DNA of 64,000 bases from an uncultured bacterium (GTDB lineage Bacteria; Hydrogenedentota; Hydrogenedentia; Hydrogenedentales; CAILVY01): NCBI GenBank assembly GCA_937951485.1, contig CALEDJ010000029.1, positions 4,589 through 68,588 on the forward strand. Reading direction: 5' to 3'. Numbering within the stretch: position 1 is the first letter of the stretch; each line of letters begins with the position of its first letter. The notes beneath the pieces were generated by a model. It saw only the letters and a list, made by a program, of their open reading frames with translations. It was not told the origin of the DNA and did no database searches. The position numbers were made by a program, and so were the translations under genes. This document shows positions 1-10,700 of this stretch, one piece after another.

Positions 1-351
1 TTGAAAACAGGATCGCTGATCCTTTTTGATGACCTGGAATACAACTACTACGACATAAACGAAAGGCAAAATCGCAGTAATGATCCCCCTGAATTAGAGA
101 TTGATTCCTACGATCCGCGAGCCCGCGTTTTACGAACACATATGTCGGAAAGTGAATTGCGCGAACCCCACGTTGGATTGATCTATAACTTGCTTGTCAA
201 AACACATCCCAATTACGGTGAATTTCGTACCTCTCAAAACGGCAACTGGGGGTGGGCCAGAAAACTACGGGATTGGGGGGAGGATTACCCCAAAAGGCGG
301 GAATGGCAGTGGACCAATATCCTGAGAAAATATATGAGCAGCGCATTATAA
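1..351 (+). CDS. 3' part of a probable class I SAM-dependent methyltransferase (truncated by window edge)
   Basis: Open from base 1; LKTGSLILFDDL resembles the post-II LKPGGxxxFDD motif of class I methyltransferases; lower GC than neighbours. Confidence 0.45.
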   Translation: MKTGSLILFDDLEYNYYDINERQNRSNDPPELEIDSYDPRARVLRTHMSESELREPHVGLIYNLLVKTHPNYGEFRTSQNGNWGWARKLRDWGEDYPKRREWQWTNILRKYMSSAL

Positions 352-508
352 ATTTGACGCATCTGCAACCTCGTCATAGTACCAGATAGTACAATCGGAG
401 ATTTTCATAAAGAATCTGGACACCTTTCCGATAGGTCGTAGAAACTTGCAGTCGCACGGTTTGCTCTGTCAAGAGCCCCTTCAAAACGATTGCACAGATT
501 TCCCGGAG

Positions 509-613
509 AAAATGGTGAGTGCAGGGTTGCCATAGCCAGGTTCGCCCCTCTGGGCGCGCCGTGTGTCCAGTGCGCCCCTGATAAAATGGTGGGTGCAAGG
601 TTGCCATAGCCAG
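509..613. repeat. Pair of 31-bp direct repeats (29/31 identical) separated by 43 bp
   Basis: AAAATGGTGAGTGCAGGGTTGCCATAGCCAG at 509-539 and AAAATGGTGGGTGCAAGGTTGCCATAGCCAG at 583-613. Confidence 0.8.
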
Positions 614-637
614 TATACTTGCCGTACGACCAATTGG

Positions 638-2689
638 TTATTCCCCCTGCGGGAGAGCAGTGAGCACGACGAGGGATTTGGGCGCGAGGGCGCAGTGGCT
701 GTTGACGACGGGGCCTGCGTTGTCGTGGGGCGCGATGTCGTCGGGCGCGGGCAGGGCGGTATTGATGCGCTGCATCCAGAGGCCGGGGGGCGTTTGAAAC
801 ACAACTTCTTCCAGGGTGTTGTTGAACATCATATAAATGCCGACGCCCGCGTTTTCTCTCGGATGGACGCGGCACGCCAGCGGGGTTTCATCTGAGAACC
901 AGTCCACTTTCTCCCCATTGGGGGCGAACCAGAGCAAATCGGCGTCCTCTTCGGACATGCCGGGCGCTTTGCCCCGGTAGTAATGCGCCTGCGAGAGGGC
1001 TGGATTGCGTTTTCGGAATGCAATCATTTCGCGTGTGAAGCGCTGGAGTTCCGCCTGTTTCTCCAACAGCGTCCAGTCAAACCAGGAGATTTCGTTGTCC
1101 TGGCAGTAGGCGTTGTTATTGCCCTGCTGAGTGCGACCGAATTCATCGCCGCCAAGAAGCATCGGCACGCCCAGGGACAGGAAGAGGGTTGCGATGAAAT
1201 TTTTCTGCATACGCAGGCGCAGGGCGTTGATAGCGGGGTCGTCGGTATCGCCCTCTACACCGCAGTTCCAACTGTGGTTTTCGTTCTCGCCGTCCAGGTT
1301 GCCCTCGCCGTTCGCTTCGTTGTGTTTGTGGTTGTATGATACGAGATCCCGCAGGGTGAATCCGTCATGGCAGGTGACGAAATTGATGCTGTGTTCGGGG
1401 GTGCGGCGGTTCCACTGATAAAGATCGGCGCTGCCGGTGATACGCGACGCGAAGACGCCGCGCGTGCCGGGGTCGCCGCGCCAATAGCGCCGCACATCGT
1501 CACGGTATTTTCCGTTCCACTCGGCCCACCGCACGCCGCCGAAGGTTCCCACATGGTAGGCGCCGCCCGCATCCCAAGCCTCGGCGATAAGTTTTACGTT
1601 GCGCAGTACGGGGTCTTCGGAAATCCGGCGCACCAGCGGCGCTTCGGGGTTCACTCCGCCCTTCTGGTCGCGCCCGAGAATCGAGGCCAGGTCGAAGCGG
1701 AATCCGTCCACGTGCATCACGGCCACCCAGTAGCGCAGGCAATCCAGAATAAAATCATGCACGAGTGGATGATCACAGTTGACCGTGTTGCCGCAGCCGG
1801 AATAGTTCAGGTATTCGCCGTCCTTGAGCAAATAATAGATAACGTTGTCAATCCCGCGAAAACAGAGGGTGGGACCGCGCTCGTTGCCCTCCGAGGTGTG
1901 GTTGAACACGACATCGAGAATAATTTCGATGCCGGCGCTGTGCAGCGCATGCACCATGTTCCGGAATTCCTCCAGGTGTTCCAGGTGCTGCGCGTTGCAG
2001 GCATACCGTGCCGTCGGCGCAAAGAAGCCGATATTGCTGTAGCCCCAGTAATTGGTCAATTCCCTGCCGGTGACGAGGCTGCACCGCCCAAGCAGGTTTT
2101 CGCCGAACTCCTGGATCGGCAGCAGTTCCACCGCGGTGACGCCGAGTTCCTTCAGATATGGGATTTTTTCTATCAGCCCCTGATATGTCCCCGGATGCGC
2201 CACGCCCGAACTGGCATGCTGGGTGAAACCGCGCACATGCGTCTCGTAAATAACCGTATCTTTCATCGGCGTACGGGGGTGCTCGTCGTCCGTCCAGTCC
2301 ATATAGTCGTGCACGACAACACATTTCATCGTGCCATCATGGATATCGCCGACCATCGCGCGGGCATAGGGATCGAGCAGGTAGATGCGCGGATTGAAGC
2401 GGTGACCTGTCTTGGGGTCAAAGGGGCCGTCCATGCGGAACTTGTAGTAGGCGCCCACCTGCAATCCGCGCACGAAAATGGACCATACATCCCCAATCCG
2501 GTTCCGGTGCGGATCGAATTCGTACTCCCAAGCCGGCTCAAGGTCCTCGATGCGCTTGAAAAGCGCCAGCCAGACCCGTGTCGCATGCCGGGAAAAAACC
2601 GTGAACCGCACCCCCTCATTGTATACCGCCGTCCCCATGGGGTACGCGCGCCCCGCCATCACCTGTAATGTGGAAAAATCATTTGACAT
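638..2689 (-). CDS. glgX: Glycogen debranching enzyme / isoamylase (GH13)
   Basis: NYWGY, DVVFNH, DGFRFDLA, LIAEAWD, FVTCHDGFTL and GNNNAYCQDN motifs; start trimmed to ATG at 2689 (MSNDFSTLQ). Confidence 0.95.
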   Translation of the reverse strand: MSNDFSTLQVMAGRAYPMGTAVYNEGVRFTVFSRHATRVWLALFKRIEDLEPAWEYEFDPHRNRIGDVWSIFVRGLQVGAYYKFRMDGPFDPKTGHRFNPRIYLLDPYARAMVGDIHDGTMKCVVVHDYMDWTDDEHPRTPMKDTVIYETHVRGFTQHASSGVAHPGTYQGLIEKIPYLKELGVTAVELLPIQEFGENLLGRCSLVTGRELTNYWGYSNIGFFAPTARYACNAQHLEHLEEFRNMVHALHSAGIEIILDVVFNHTSEGNERGPTLCFRGIDNVIYYLLKDGEYLNYSGCGNTVNCDHPLVHDFILDCLRYWVAVMHVDGFRFDLASILGRDQKGGVNPEAPLVRRISEDPVLRNVKLIAEAWDAGGAYHVGTFGGVRWAEWNGKYRDDVRRYWRGDPGTRGVFASRITGSADLYQWNRRTPEHSINFVTCHDGFTLRDLVSYNHKHNEANGEGNLDGENENHSWNCGVEGDTDDPAINALRLRMQKNFIATLFLSLGVPMLLGGDEFGRTQQGNNNAYCQDNEISWFDWTLLEKQAELQRFTREMIAFRKRNPALSQAHYYRGKAPGMSEEDADLLWFAPNGEKVDWFSDETPLACRVHPRENAGVGIYMMFNNTLEEVVFQTPPGLWMQRINTALPAPDDIAPHDNAGPVVNSHCALAPKSLVVLTALPQGE

Positions 2690-2830
2690 GCCCTGCACGC
2701 TCCGATCGTTCGCGCTATTTTGACGAATTCGGCCGCGCCGTTCAATGTACCCGCATGGCAGACAGCGATTCCGCAATTGGAGGTAGAGAAGCGGATAATT
2801 CCGGAATCGCTGAAATTGGCCGCTGTCTCC

Positions 2831-2859
2831 TTGACATGTTACGGGGCAAGGTGGACAAT
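2831..2859 (+). promoter_or_regulatory. Putative sigma70 promoter for the isomerase pair
   Basis: TTGACA-17 bp-GACAAT about 45 bp upstream of ATG 2902. Confidence 0.55.
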
Positions 2860-2901
2860 GCGGGGAGACCGGGACAACCGAATTGGAAGTGCGGGAGACA
2901 C

Positions 2902-3684
2902 ATGATGAGTGAATCAGTGGTGAAGAAGGGAATTGCGTTGCAGTTGTATACGCTGCGGGACCCGGCAAGGAAGGACCTCGCGGGAACTTTGAAGCGGGCG
3001 AAGGAGACAGGATTCGACTATGTGCAATGGAGCGGCATGCCGGACCTGCCGGCGGCGGAAATCCGCGCGCATCTGGACGCGGCGGGACTGAAGGCCATTG
3101 CGGGGCACCACGGCGTAGAGCCGTTTGAAAAGGATTTTGATGGGTCGGTGCAGTATTGGAAGACCATCGGCGCATTGGATGTGGCTCCCGGAGGCATGAT
3201 GAACGACTGCCGCGACTCGCTGGAGGCGTGGCGGCGCGGGGCGGCGCGGCTGGATGCGTTGGGTGCGCGCCTGCGCGCGGTCGGCATGCGGCTCTCGTAT
3301 CACAACCACGCGTTCGAGTTCGAGACGTTTCCGGAAGACCCGCGCGCAAAACTGGATATCTTGTACGAAGAGACGGCGCCGGGGCATCTTTTTGCGGAGA
3401 TTGACACGGCATGGGTGCAGGTGGGCGGCGCAAATCCGGCGGAATACCTGCGCAAGTATTCCGGGCGTTGTCCGGTGATCCATGTCAAGGACCTCGCAAA
3501 AGAGACGCTCGGAGGCCGTCCGATTTTTACGCCGCTGGGCAAGGGGGTGCTGGCTTGGGATGAGATTCTCGCCGCGGCGGAAGACGCGCGCGTGGAGTGG
3601 TATGTGTACGAACAGGACACCCACGCTGGTGATCCTTTTGAAAACGCACGTATTAGTTACGAGTTTCTGAAACAGAGCCTTTGA
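2902..3684 (+). CDS. Sugar phosphate isomerase/epimerase (xylose-isomerase-like TIM barrel)
   Basis: ALQLYTLRD, YHNHAFEF, EIDTAW, IHVKD and YEQD metal-binding motifs. Confidence 0.9.
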   Translation: MMSESVVKKGIALQLYTLRDPARKDLAGTLKRAKETGFDYVQWSGMPDLPAAEIRAHLDAAGLKAIAGHHGVEPFEKDFDGSVQYWKTIGALDVAPGGMMNDCRDSLEAWRRGAARLDALGARLRAVGMRLSYHNHAFEFETFPEDPRAKLDILYEETAPGHLFAEIDTAWVQVGGANPAEYLRKYSGRCPVIHVKDLAKETLGGRPIFTPLGKGVLAWDEILAAAEDARVEWYVYEQDTHAGDPFENARISYEFLKQSL

Positions 3685-3706
3685 CCATTTCCGGGAGGGA
3701 GAATTT

Positions 3707-4471
3707 ATGGGAATGCTGCCGTTCGCGCTGCAATTGTATTCGGTGCGCGACCATCTGGAACGCGATCCGGAAAGCGCCCTGGCCAAGGTGAAAGCCATGG
3801 GCTATGACCATGTTGAAATCGCCGGGACCGCCGGAAAAAGCGCCGAACAATACAAGGCGATACTGGACCGCATCGGTCTGAAGCCGATCAGCATGCATGT
3901 AGGCTATGACGCGCTGACCGGGGACCTGGATGCGGTGATCGCAGACCTCAAGACCTTCGGACTGCGCTTCGCCGTCGTGCCATGGCTCGGACCGCCGCTC
4001 TGTCCCGACAAGGCGGGATGGATCGCGGCGGCGGAGACGTTGGACGCCGCAGGCGCTCGGCTGCGCGAAGAGGGCGTCCGCCTCTGCTACCACAATCATG
4101 CCCATGAATTTAAGCGGATTGAAGGTGAATATATCCTGGACATTATCTTCAATCACGCGAAGCCGGAGCATCTGGCGTCGCAACTGGACACCTGTTGGGC
4201 GCACGTCGGCGGCGCAAACCCGCTGACGATGATGCAGAAATACTGCGGGCGCGTGCCGCTGGTGCATATCAAGGATTACACGGGTGCGCGCGATGCCGAG
4301 GGCCGCGTCACCTTTGTCGAGGTCGGTTGCGGCTGCATGGACTGGGATCCCATTTTCGATGCGGCGGCCTCCTGCGGGGTCGAGTGGCTGATCGTGGAAC
4401 AAGATGAATCGCAGGGGGATTCATTGGAAAGCGCTGCAATGAGCGCCCGGTTCATGATGGCCCGGACATAA
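3707..4471 (+). CDS. Sugar phosphate isomerase/epimerase, tandem paralogue
   Basis: ALQLYSVRD, YHNHAHEF, QLDTCW, VHIKD and VEQD motifs; GGGAG RBS. Confidence 0.9.
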   Translation: MGMLPFALQLYSVRDHLERDPESALAKVKAMGYDHVEIAGTAGKSAEQYKAILDRIGLKPISMHVGYDALTGDLDAVIADLKTFGLRFAVVPWLGPPLCPDKAGWIAAAETLDAAGARLREEGVRLCYHNHAHEFKRIEGEYILDIIFNHAKPEHLASQLDTCWAHVGGANPLTMMQKYCGRVPLVHIKDYTGARDAEGRVTFVEVGCGCMDWDPIFDAAASCGVEWLIVEQDESQGDSLESAAMSARFMMART

Positions 4472-4520
4472 CGCCCAACGCGACGGCGTGGTACATATGC
4501 AAGCAAACACTGGAGAGATA

Positions 4521-5483
4521 ATGCGCGGGATTGTCGTCGCGGCCATGATGACGTTACTGTTGGTTGCCGCGGGATGCGAACAGGGCGTCGTCGTGCGGGG
4601 ACGTGTGGTGGATGTGAAGGGCGAAGGGCTGCCGGGGGTCGCGGTGACAGCGCGGGGCGTGGAGCGACAGACCACGACCAACGCCGCGGGACGCTACACG
4701 TTGCGCTGCGCGCCGGGCGTGGTGACGCTTGACTTTATCAAGACAGGCTACACCCAGGGTACGCTGCAGGTGGAGGCCCGGCGCACCGGCGTAATGGACG
4801 TGCGTGAGGCCCTGCTGTGGCTGTTGCCTCCCGCCAAGGGAGTGTATTTATTTCAAGACTACCGCTATCTCGAAGCGACCCGCGCCGACCCTAAGCGATA
4901 TGTGGAGAAAGACCGCGGTCCGATCTTCGCTGTGAAACGCGAGCCGGACCTTGTCCTGCGTCAGCCCTTTGGCGGACCGGAAGTGGTTCCGGGCGCACCC
5001 GCATTGATCGCTTTTAAGATGCCGCCTTACGACGCGCGGCTCTACCGGCTGCATCAGATCGAGGCCCATCCGCCGGAATACCGGCCGGCCGTTGCGACAA
5101 CTCCGACCGACGCACCCGCCGCCGCGCCCCAGCGCAGGGTTCCGCCCCCCGCCATCGAAACAGTGTGGGCAGCCGCCGACAACATCCCCATCATCGTCGC
5201 CCCTATTGACGAACCCGAACGCCTCCTCCTCGAACTTCGTCCCGCAACGCCGCTGATGCCCGGCATTTACGCCGTGCATTGGGGCGCCTTTGACGGGCAC
5301 GTCTCCACTGACCCCAGCATCTTCCTCTTCCGCATCGCCGACCCGGAGGAGGAAGCGGAAGGAAAGGAAGAGAGCGCGGAAGAAAACGACGAGACGCCAT
5401 CAGCAACAACATCGGCAGTTCAACCCACCATGGACGACATCCCTGATGCGGAAGCGATGGAACCGACCACATCGGGGGAGTAA
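4521..5483 (+). CDS. Lipoprotein with carboxypeptidase-regulatory-like (transthyretin-fold) domain and acidic tail
   Basis: Lipobox LVAAG-C; GRVVDVKGEGLPGVAV...TTNAAGRY pattern; GGAGA RBS before ATG 4521. Confidence 0.7.
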   Translation: MRGIVVAAMMTLLLVAAGCEQGVVVRGRVVDVKGEGLPGVAVTARGVERQTTTNAAGRYTLRCAPGVVTLDFIKTGYTQGTLQVEARRTGVMDVREALLWLLPPAKGVYLFQDYRYLEATRADPKRYVEKDRGPIFAVKREPDLVLRQPFGGPEVVPGAPALIAFKMPPYDARLYRLHQIEAHPPEYRPAVATTPTDAPAAAPQRRVPPPAIETVWAAADNIPIIVAPIDEPERLLLELRPATPLMPGIYAVHWGAFDGHVSTDPSIFLFRIADPEEEAEGKEESAEENDETPSATTSAVQPTMDDIPDAEAMEPTTSGE

Positions 5484-5503
5484 TAAACCAGCAGGGGTTG
5501 CGC

Positions 5504-5794
5504 ATGAACAGCAAAATAATGAAAATTGAAGATGCCATGCGTATCGAGGATGCGCCGTCCTGGCGGGAAGTGGATCGGAATCGCGCAGGTAATCTGCTTG
5601 CGGCGGCGCGAATCAAGGCCGGCCCTACCCAAGCGCAACTCGCTGAAAAAAACGCCATCCGTCAGAACATGGTCAGCGAATAAGAGCGGGGTCGGCAGCC
5701 GCCGAGCGCATCCATGGCCAGGCGCTTCAGCAAAGCATTGAAGATCAAGATGGAACGTTTCATTGCGCGCACTGATTGGCGCCAGAAGAAGTGA
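5504..5794 (+). pseudogene. XRE-family HTH regulator/antitoxin interrupted by in-frame TAA
   Basis: LAAARIKAGPTQAQLAEK..IRQNMVSE*ERGRQPPSASMARRFSKAL; stop at 5681-5683 lies where Tyr of SxYERG is expected and the frame continues to TGA 5794. Confidence 0.75.
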
Positions 5795-5848
5795 TCTTGC
5801 GGGATTTCCTCGGCGCTGCCCCCATAATTCCCGTCTCGTTTCCCCTGC

Positions 5849-6805
5849 TCACTCCATCGCCTCGGCTTCCTCTCTGGCCTTTTGCATGATCTCCGCCGTC
5901 TGGTGCCAAGTGGGCGCGGGGAGCGGCGCATCAGCGGCGGGAACGATACTTTCGATGTGTTCGGGGGTCTTGATGCCGACGATGGCACTGGTGACGGCGG
6001 GGTGGGTGAGCACCCACCGGATGGCGAGTTGGGCGACGGTCAGTTTGAGCGGCTTTGCGATGGCCTTTAATTCATCGAGCGCATCGAGAATGCGATGGAA
6101 AGCGCGGCCTGTGTACAGGCCGTAGTTCGCGCGGCTGTCGGTGAATTGCTGGTCGCGGGCGTATTTCCCGGTAAGCAGGCCACGATAGAGCGGCGAATAG
6201 GGAATGACGCCAATCCGGTGTTGCAGACAATAGGGGAATTCGCGTTCTTCGGGTTCGCGGGCAAGCAGATTGTAATGCGGCTGATGACATTCCACGTCAA
6301 TAAATTGGCGGTACATGGCAATCTGTTCCACATTGAGATTGCTCACCCCCACCCACCGGATTTTGCCCTCCTGCTTCAGGCGCGCCAGCGCCGCCGCCGT
6401 CTCCTCGGGCCGCGTCAGCGGGTCCCATGCGTGAATCTGGAAGAGGTCAATTCTGTCGGTCTTGAGACGCCGCAGAGAGTCTTCGCATTCGGAGATGGTG
6501 AACGCATAGGTGGTTTCCGGATAGCGCGCCTTTCCCTTGAAATTCCAATAGAATTTCGTGGCGATGAAGAACTTGTCGCGGAGTTTGCGCTTCTTGAGGT
6601 AATCGCCGAGACATTCCTCGGCGTAACCTTCGCCGTAGGCCCCTGCGGTATCAATAAAGTTGACGCCGAGTTCCACCGCGCGGTCAATGGCTCTGCGCCA
6701 CGGCCCCAGCGGCACCTTGCCCCAGAAACGCGGCGAGAGTTGCCAGCACCCGAAACAAATCCGCGATACGATCAGGTCCGTTTTGCCGAGTTGGATATAC
6801 TGCAT
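5849..6805 (-). CDS. Aldo/keto reductase
   Basis: LGKTDLIVSRICFG, FIDTAGAYG, IATK, DLFQIH, GVSN and YSPL motifs. Confidence 0.93.
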   Translation of the reverse strand: MQYIQLGKTDLIVSRICFGCWQLSPRFWGKVPLGPWRRAIDRAVELGVNFIDTAGAYGEGYAEECLGDYLKKRKLRDKFFIATKFYWNFKGKARYPETTYAFTISECEDSLRRLKTDRIDLFQIHAWDPLTRPEETAAALARLKQEGKIRWVGVSNLNVEQIAMYRQFIDVECHQPHYNLLAREPEEREFPYCLQHRIGVIPYSPLYRGLLTGKYARDQQFTDSRANYGLYTGRAFHRILDALDELKAIAKPLKLTVAQLAIRWVLTHPAVTSAIVGIKTPEHIESIVPAADAPLPAPTWHQTAEIMQKAREEAEAME

Positions 6806-6816
6806 GGTTGATCTCC

Positions 6817-7737
6817 TTATATCCCCTCCAGAACGCCCACCCGCAATTCGTTGGTATTGTTGGGTCGCGATGCTTCGAAATAAACAAAAACACGGTCGCC
6901 GGCGCGCAGCCAATGGGAATAGCGCCAGGTATGGTAGTCGCCGGGGGTGTCGCTTTTCAGCAGGGGCGCGTCGGGCGTCAGATCGTAGAAGCGTCGCAAA
7001 TCGGGGCTGAACGCCAATCCCGTGGCGATGTTGTATGCGGGATCGGTCCAGGTGAAATGGGAACCTTCATAAACGAACAGGTACCCCAGCGGCATCGGCA
7101 GCACACTGGCGGGGCGGGTGAAGAAGTTGTGCCAGCCGGTGTTCTCCATGATGGGCGCGGGGCCGGCAAGCGTCCACCTCTCGCCATCATCGCCGGCGAA
7201 ATGGTGGATGCGCTCCACGAAATCGCAGCCGATCACCATCATGTGCCAGCGGCCTTCGGCGAAAAACACCACGGGGTCTTTGTATCCGGTGAAGGCGGGA
7301 TATCGGTCCGTGTTTGGCTTATGCTCCAGGACGGGTCGGGCGCTTATTGCACGAAAGTCAGCGGGGTCAGCGGCGTCATCGAAGCGGATAATCCACCAGC
7401 CGCGACCATTGGTGGCGCAACCGTAGAGCCGGAACTTGCCGCTTGCCTGGTCAAAAACCAACGCGGGGCGCTCGAATCCCTCCACACCCGCCGCCTCGCG
7501 CGTGAGCCGGTTCACTGTCGCGAAATGGATGCCATCGGTGCTCTTGAGAATGCGGATTTCATAACCGCGTCGCCCGCGCGGCGAGTCCGCTTCGCGCATG
7601 CGGGCCGCCACGTAGAATGCGCCATCCGCCCCCAGTGCCGCGCTGGGTGCGCCCGCCCACCAGTCCGTCACATTCTTGTCGGGTTCCAGCACCACGTGGT
7701 ATTGCGTCAATGCCGCTGCAATCTCCCCGATATTCAT
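6817..7737 (-). CDS. Hypothetical protein, probable five-bladed beta-propeller glycosidase-like fold
   Basis: AGAPS, ERPALV and YKDPVV blade-type motifs; tightly spaced between metH and the AKR gene. Confidence 0.55.
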   Translation of the reverse strand: MNIGEIAAALTQYHVVLEPDKNVTDWWAGAPSAALGADGAFYVAARMREADSPRGRRGYEIRILKSTDGIHFATVNRLTREAAGVEGFERPALVFDQASGKFRLYGCATNGRGWWIIRFDDAADPADFRAISARPVLEHKPNTDRYPAFTGYKDPVVFFAEGRWHMMVIGCDFVERIHHFAGDDGERWTLAGPAPIMENTGWHNFFTRPASVLPMPLGYLFVYEGSHFTWTDPAYNIATGLAFSPDLRRFYDLTPDAPLLKSDTPGDYHTWRYSHWLRAGDRVFVYFEASRPNNTNELRVGVLEGI

Positions 7738-7782
7738 GGCCTTTTCTCCTCACATGCATTCTATCCAAAGCAACGCGTTATG

Positions 7783-10700
7783 TCATGTGTAACGCGCGTC
7801 GGGATGATAACTGACCACGGCAGCGGTGGCCCCGGTGGGGCTGAACTCGCCGGCCTCCGTGATGCTGACGCCAATGGCCTCGCCCGCGCCGAGGCATTCC
7901 ATGATTACCCGGTTCATCATGATATTGCGCATGCCGGGATAGCCGGGCGACCAGCGCTGGCCCGCGTCAGGCGCCAGTCCCAGCAAATGGCGCTGTTCGC
8001 GGTGCAGATATTCCGCCATGTCTTCGGCGATGCGGTCCGACAGCCCCTGCAAGAACAGGGCCGATTCGGAATCGCCTGCCGCGCGGAATTCCTTTATCAC
8101 CTCATCCACCTGCGGACCGCTGCATGCGATTTGCAACCCGGCGGCCCCCATGATGCCGGAATCTCTGGAGGGAAAATACTGCGCACCGGAAACCAGGTCC
8201 GTCTTGGCCGCGCCGATGACCACCGTGAATTCGATGCGGGCGAGTTCTCTTCCGGGGTCCTCAGGATCGTAGAGGATAATCTCATCGCTGTCGGATTGGC
8301 AGGGATAGATGCCCATGACGCCCTGCGGCTTGAGCCAGCCTTGCGCAGTGGCCTTGCGCACCCATTCCCGGAACAGCGCTTCCAGTTCCTCGCGCGTATG
8401 GCCGCTGCGCTCCCAGGCGCTCACGCCGCCAAAGCGCCAATTGAGACTGAACAGGGTCTTGGTGTCTATATGCCGGGCGAAATCCGCCAGCGCATATTCA
8501 TAGCGTCGCTGCTGGAAACGCGGTTGCGGCGGCAGGCGATAGTGGTCGAAGGACACCACGCGGCGCGGCAATGTCGCCAGATGACTCTCCTCTTCAGCGG
8601 CGCGTTTCTCGGCGCGCTCAAGTCGAAGCAACAGTTTCTGCCGGTTTTCCGCGAACACGCGGGAGAGGTCCTGCCCTGACCTGATCATATTCATGATGTT
8701 CACGCCGTCCATGGCAGTGCGGCAATAGAAGACATCGCCGCGCATCTTGCTTTTGTCGTCCTGTCCGGCCATGGCCACATATGCGGCGTGCCGGGGACTG
8801 ACCGGCGCGCCCCCGATCAGCACAGGGATGTCCAGCCCCTGTTCCTGCATCATGCGCGAGACGGTGATCATGTGATTCGAGGTCTGCACGAGCAATGCCG
8901 ACATGCCGATGGCGTGTGCATGATGTTCGCGCGCGGCGTCAATGAAGCGCTGCAGGGGCGTCATGGCGCCGAGGTCAATCACGCGGTAGCCGTAGTTTTC
9001 CAGCAAGGTCCGCGCGAGGTCCTTGCCGATGGAATGCACATCCTGATACACCGTGCCGATGACCACCACGCCCTTATATTCCACCACATCCTGCATGGCG
9101 CGCCCGGAGGCATTGCGCATGTAGGCTTCGAGGAAACCCATCGCCTGGCGCATCACATCGGCGGATTTCAGCAGGTGCGGCAGCGACACCTCGCCGCGCC
9201 CGAAGGCGTCGCCCAGTTCCTGCATGGCGCGCATGAGATAATCGTTAATGAAATCCAGCGGTTCGTGTTTTTCCATCGCCTGCGCCACTTCCAGCACGAT
9301 GCGGTCGGCGTAGGCGTATTCGTGTCCGCGAAAGACCAGCGTTCCCGGAGTGCGGTCCTTGTAGCCGTCCTTGATCTTCTCGCAGATTGCAGTCTCCAGC
9401 GGCAGTTCGTCATACGAAACGCGGCGTTGGACCGCCCCGCCCTTCCTGGCTTCGGCAATGACCTCCAATTCCGCGAAGGCGTCCATGTCGTGTTCGAGAA
9501 TGACCCGCTTTCCCAGCGCGTAGTCCTTCGGGTCCAGATCCTCCACAAAGACATAGTGATTCGGATTGAGAATCGCGGCATCCAGGCCGCGCTTGCGCGC
9601 CTCGTCCAGAAAAACCGACGTGAGCACGGTGCGCATATGGGGCTTCTTCGCCAAGCCGTTGGTGAGATTGCCCACGCCCAGCGAAGTACGGACATCTGGA
9701 AAGCGGTCCTTGACCAGCGCCACCGCCTCGATGGACTCCAGGGCAAAGTTCGTGTCCTCGCCGGATTCCGACCCGATGGGAAATACGTTCACATCCACAA
9801 AAATGCGGCCGGGCGGCACACCGTGCATGTCGCGCGCGCGCGTGATGATTTGCGTCGCCAGATCGAGTTTTTCTTCGGCGGTGGCCGCAGGGCCTCTCGG
9901 TCCGGTGCACAGCGCGATATAGACGGGGTCGAACGCCCGGGTCGCCTCGATGACCGCATCAATCTTCAAGATTCCCGGCCCGGCCTCTTCCATAGAGATG
10001 GAATTGATCATCGGGCGGCCGGCATACACCTTCACCGCCGCCGCCAGCGCATCCGCCTGAAACGAATCAAGGCACATCGCCCCCGCCAGTCCGGCGCTCT
10101 GGATGTGCACCACCTCCTGCAGCGTCTTCACGGTGTCAAGCTGGTTGGAATCCATGCAGACGTCAATGACCTCGCATCCCAGGTCGTCAATCTGCTCGTG
10201 CGCCACCTCCTCGAGCACGTCGTGGTTGATGCCGGTGTCGTTTTCCACCGCGTCGCGCACTTTCTTTGATCCGCGCACATTGAGTCGCTCGCCGATGCGG
10301 ATCAGTGTCTTCGATCCATCCAGAAGGACGGCCTCTTCCATGCCCGACACATACAGCCCCGGCTGCGGCGCGCGCGGGCGCGGCTTTACATTCCGCACCG
10401 CTTCCGCCACGCAACGGATATGGTCCGGGCGGGTGCCGCAGCAGCCGCCGACAATGTTGACGCCGTACTCCTCGACGAATTGCCGCTGAAATGCCGCGAA
10501 ACGGTCCGGGGAAAACTTGAAGACGGTCTTGCCGTTTTCGGATTCCGGCAAACCGGCATTGGGAATGACCGATATCGGCAGCGGCGAGAAGCGCGCGAGT
10601 TTCTCCACGCTTCGCACCATCAAATCGGGACCGATGGAGCAGTTGATGCCGAAGGCGTCAATGCCCATCCCCGCAATGCTGACCAGCGCGGCGTGGATGT

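Noticed and set aside
2690..3433. N-terminal 248 aa of the 931-aa glgX ORF
   Set aside because: Overlaps the opposite-strand isomerase gene and its promoter; GlgX similarity starts near 2689
5681..5683. Programmed readthrough or recoding in the XRE gene
   Set aside because: The stop is TAA, not TGA or TAG, and other genes use standard stops; a simple nonsense mutation suffices
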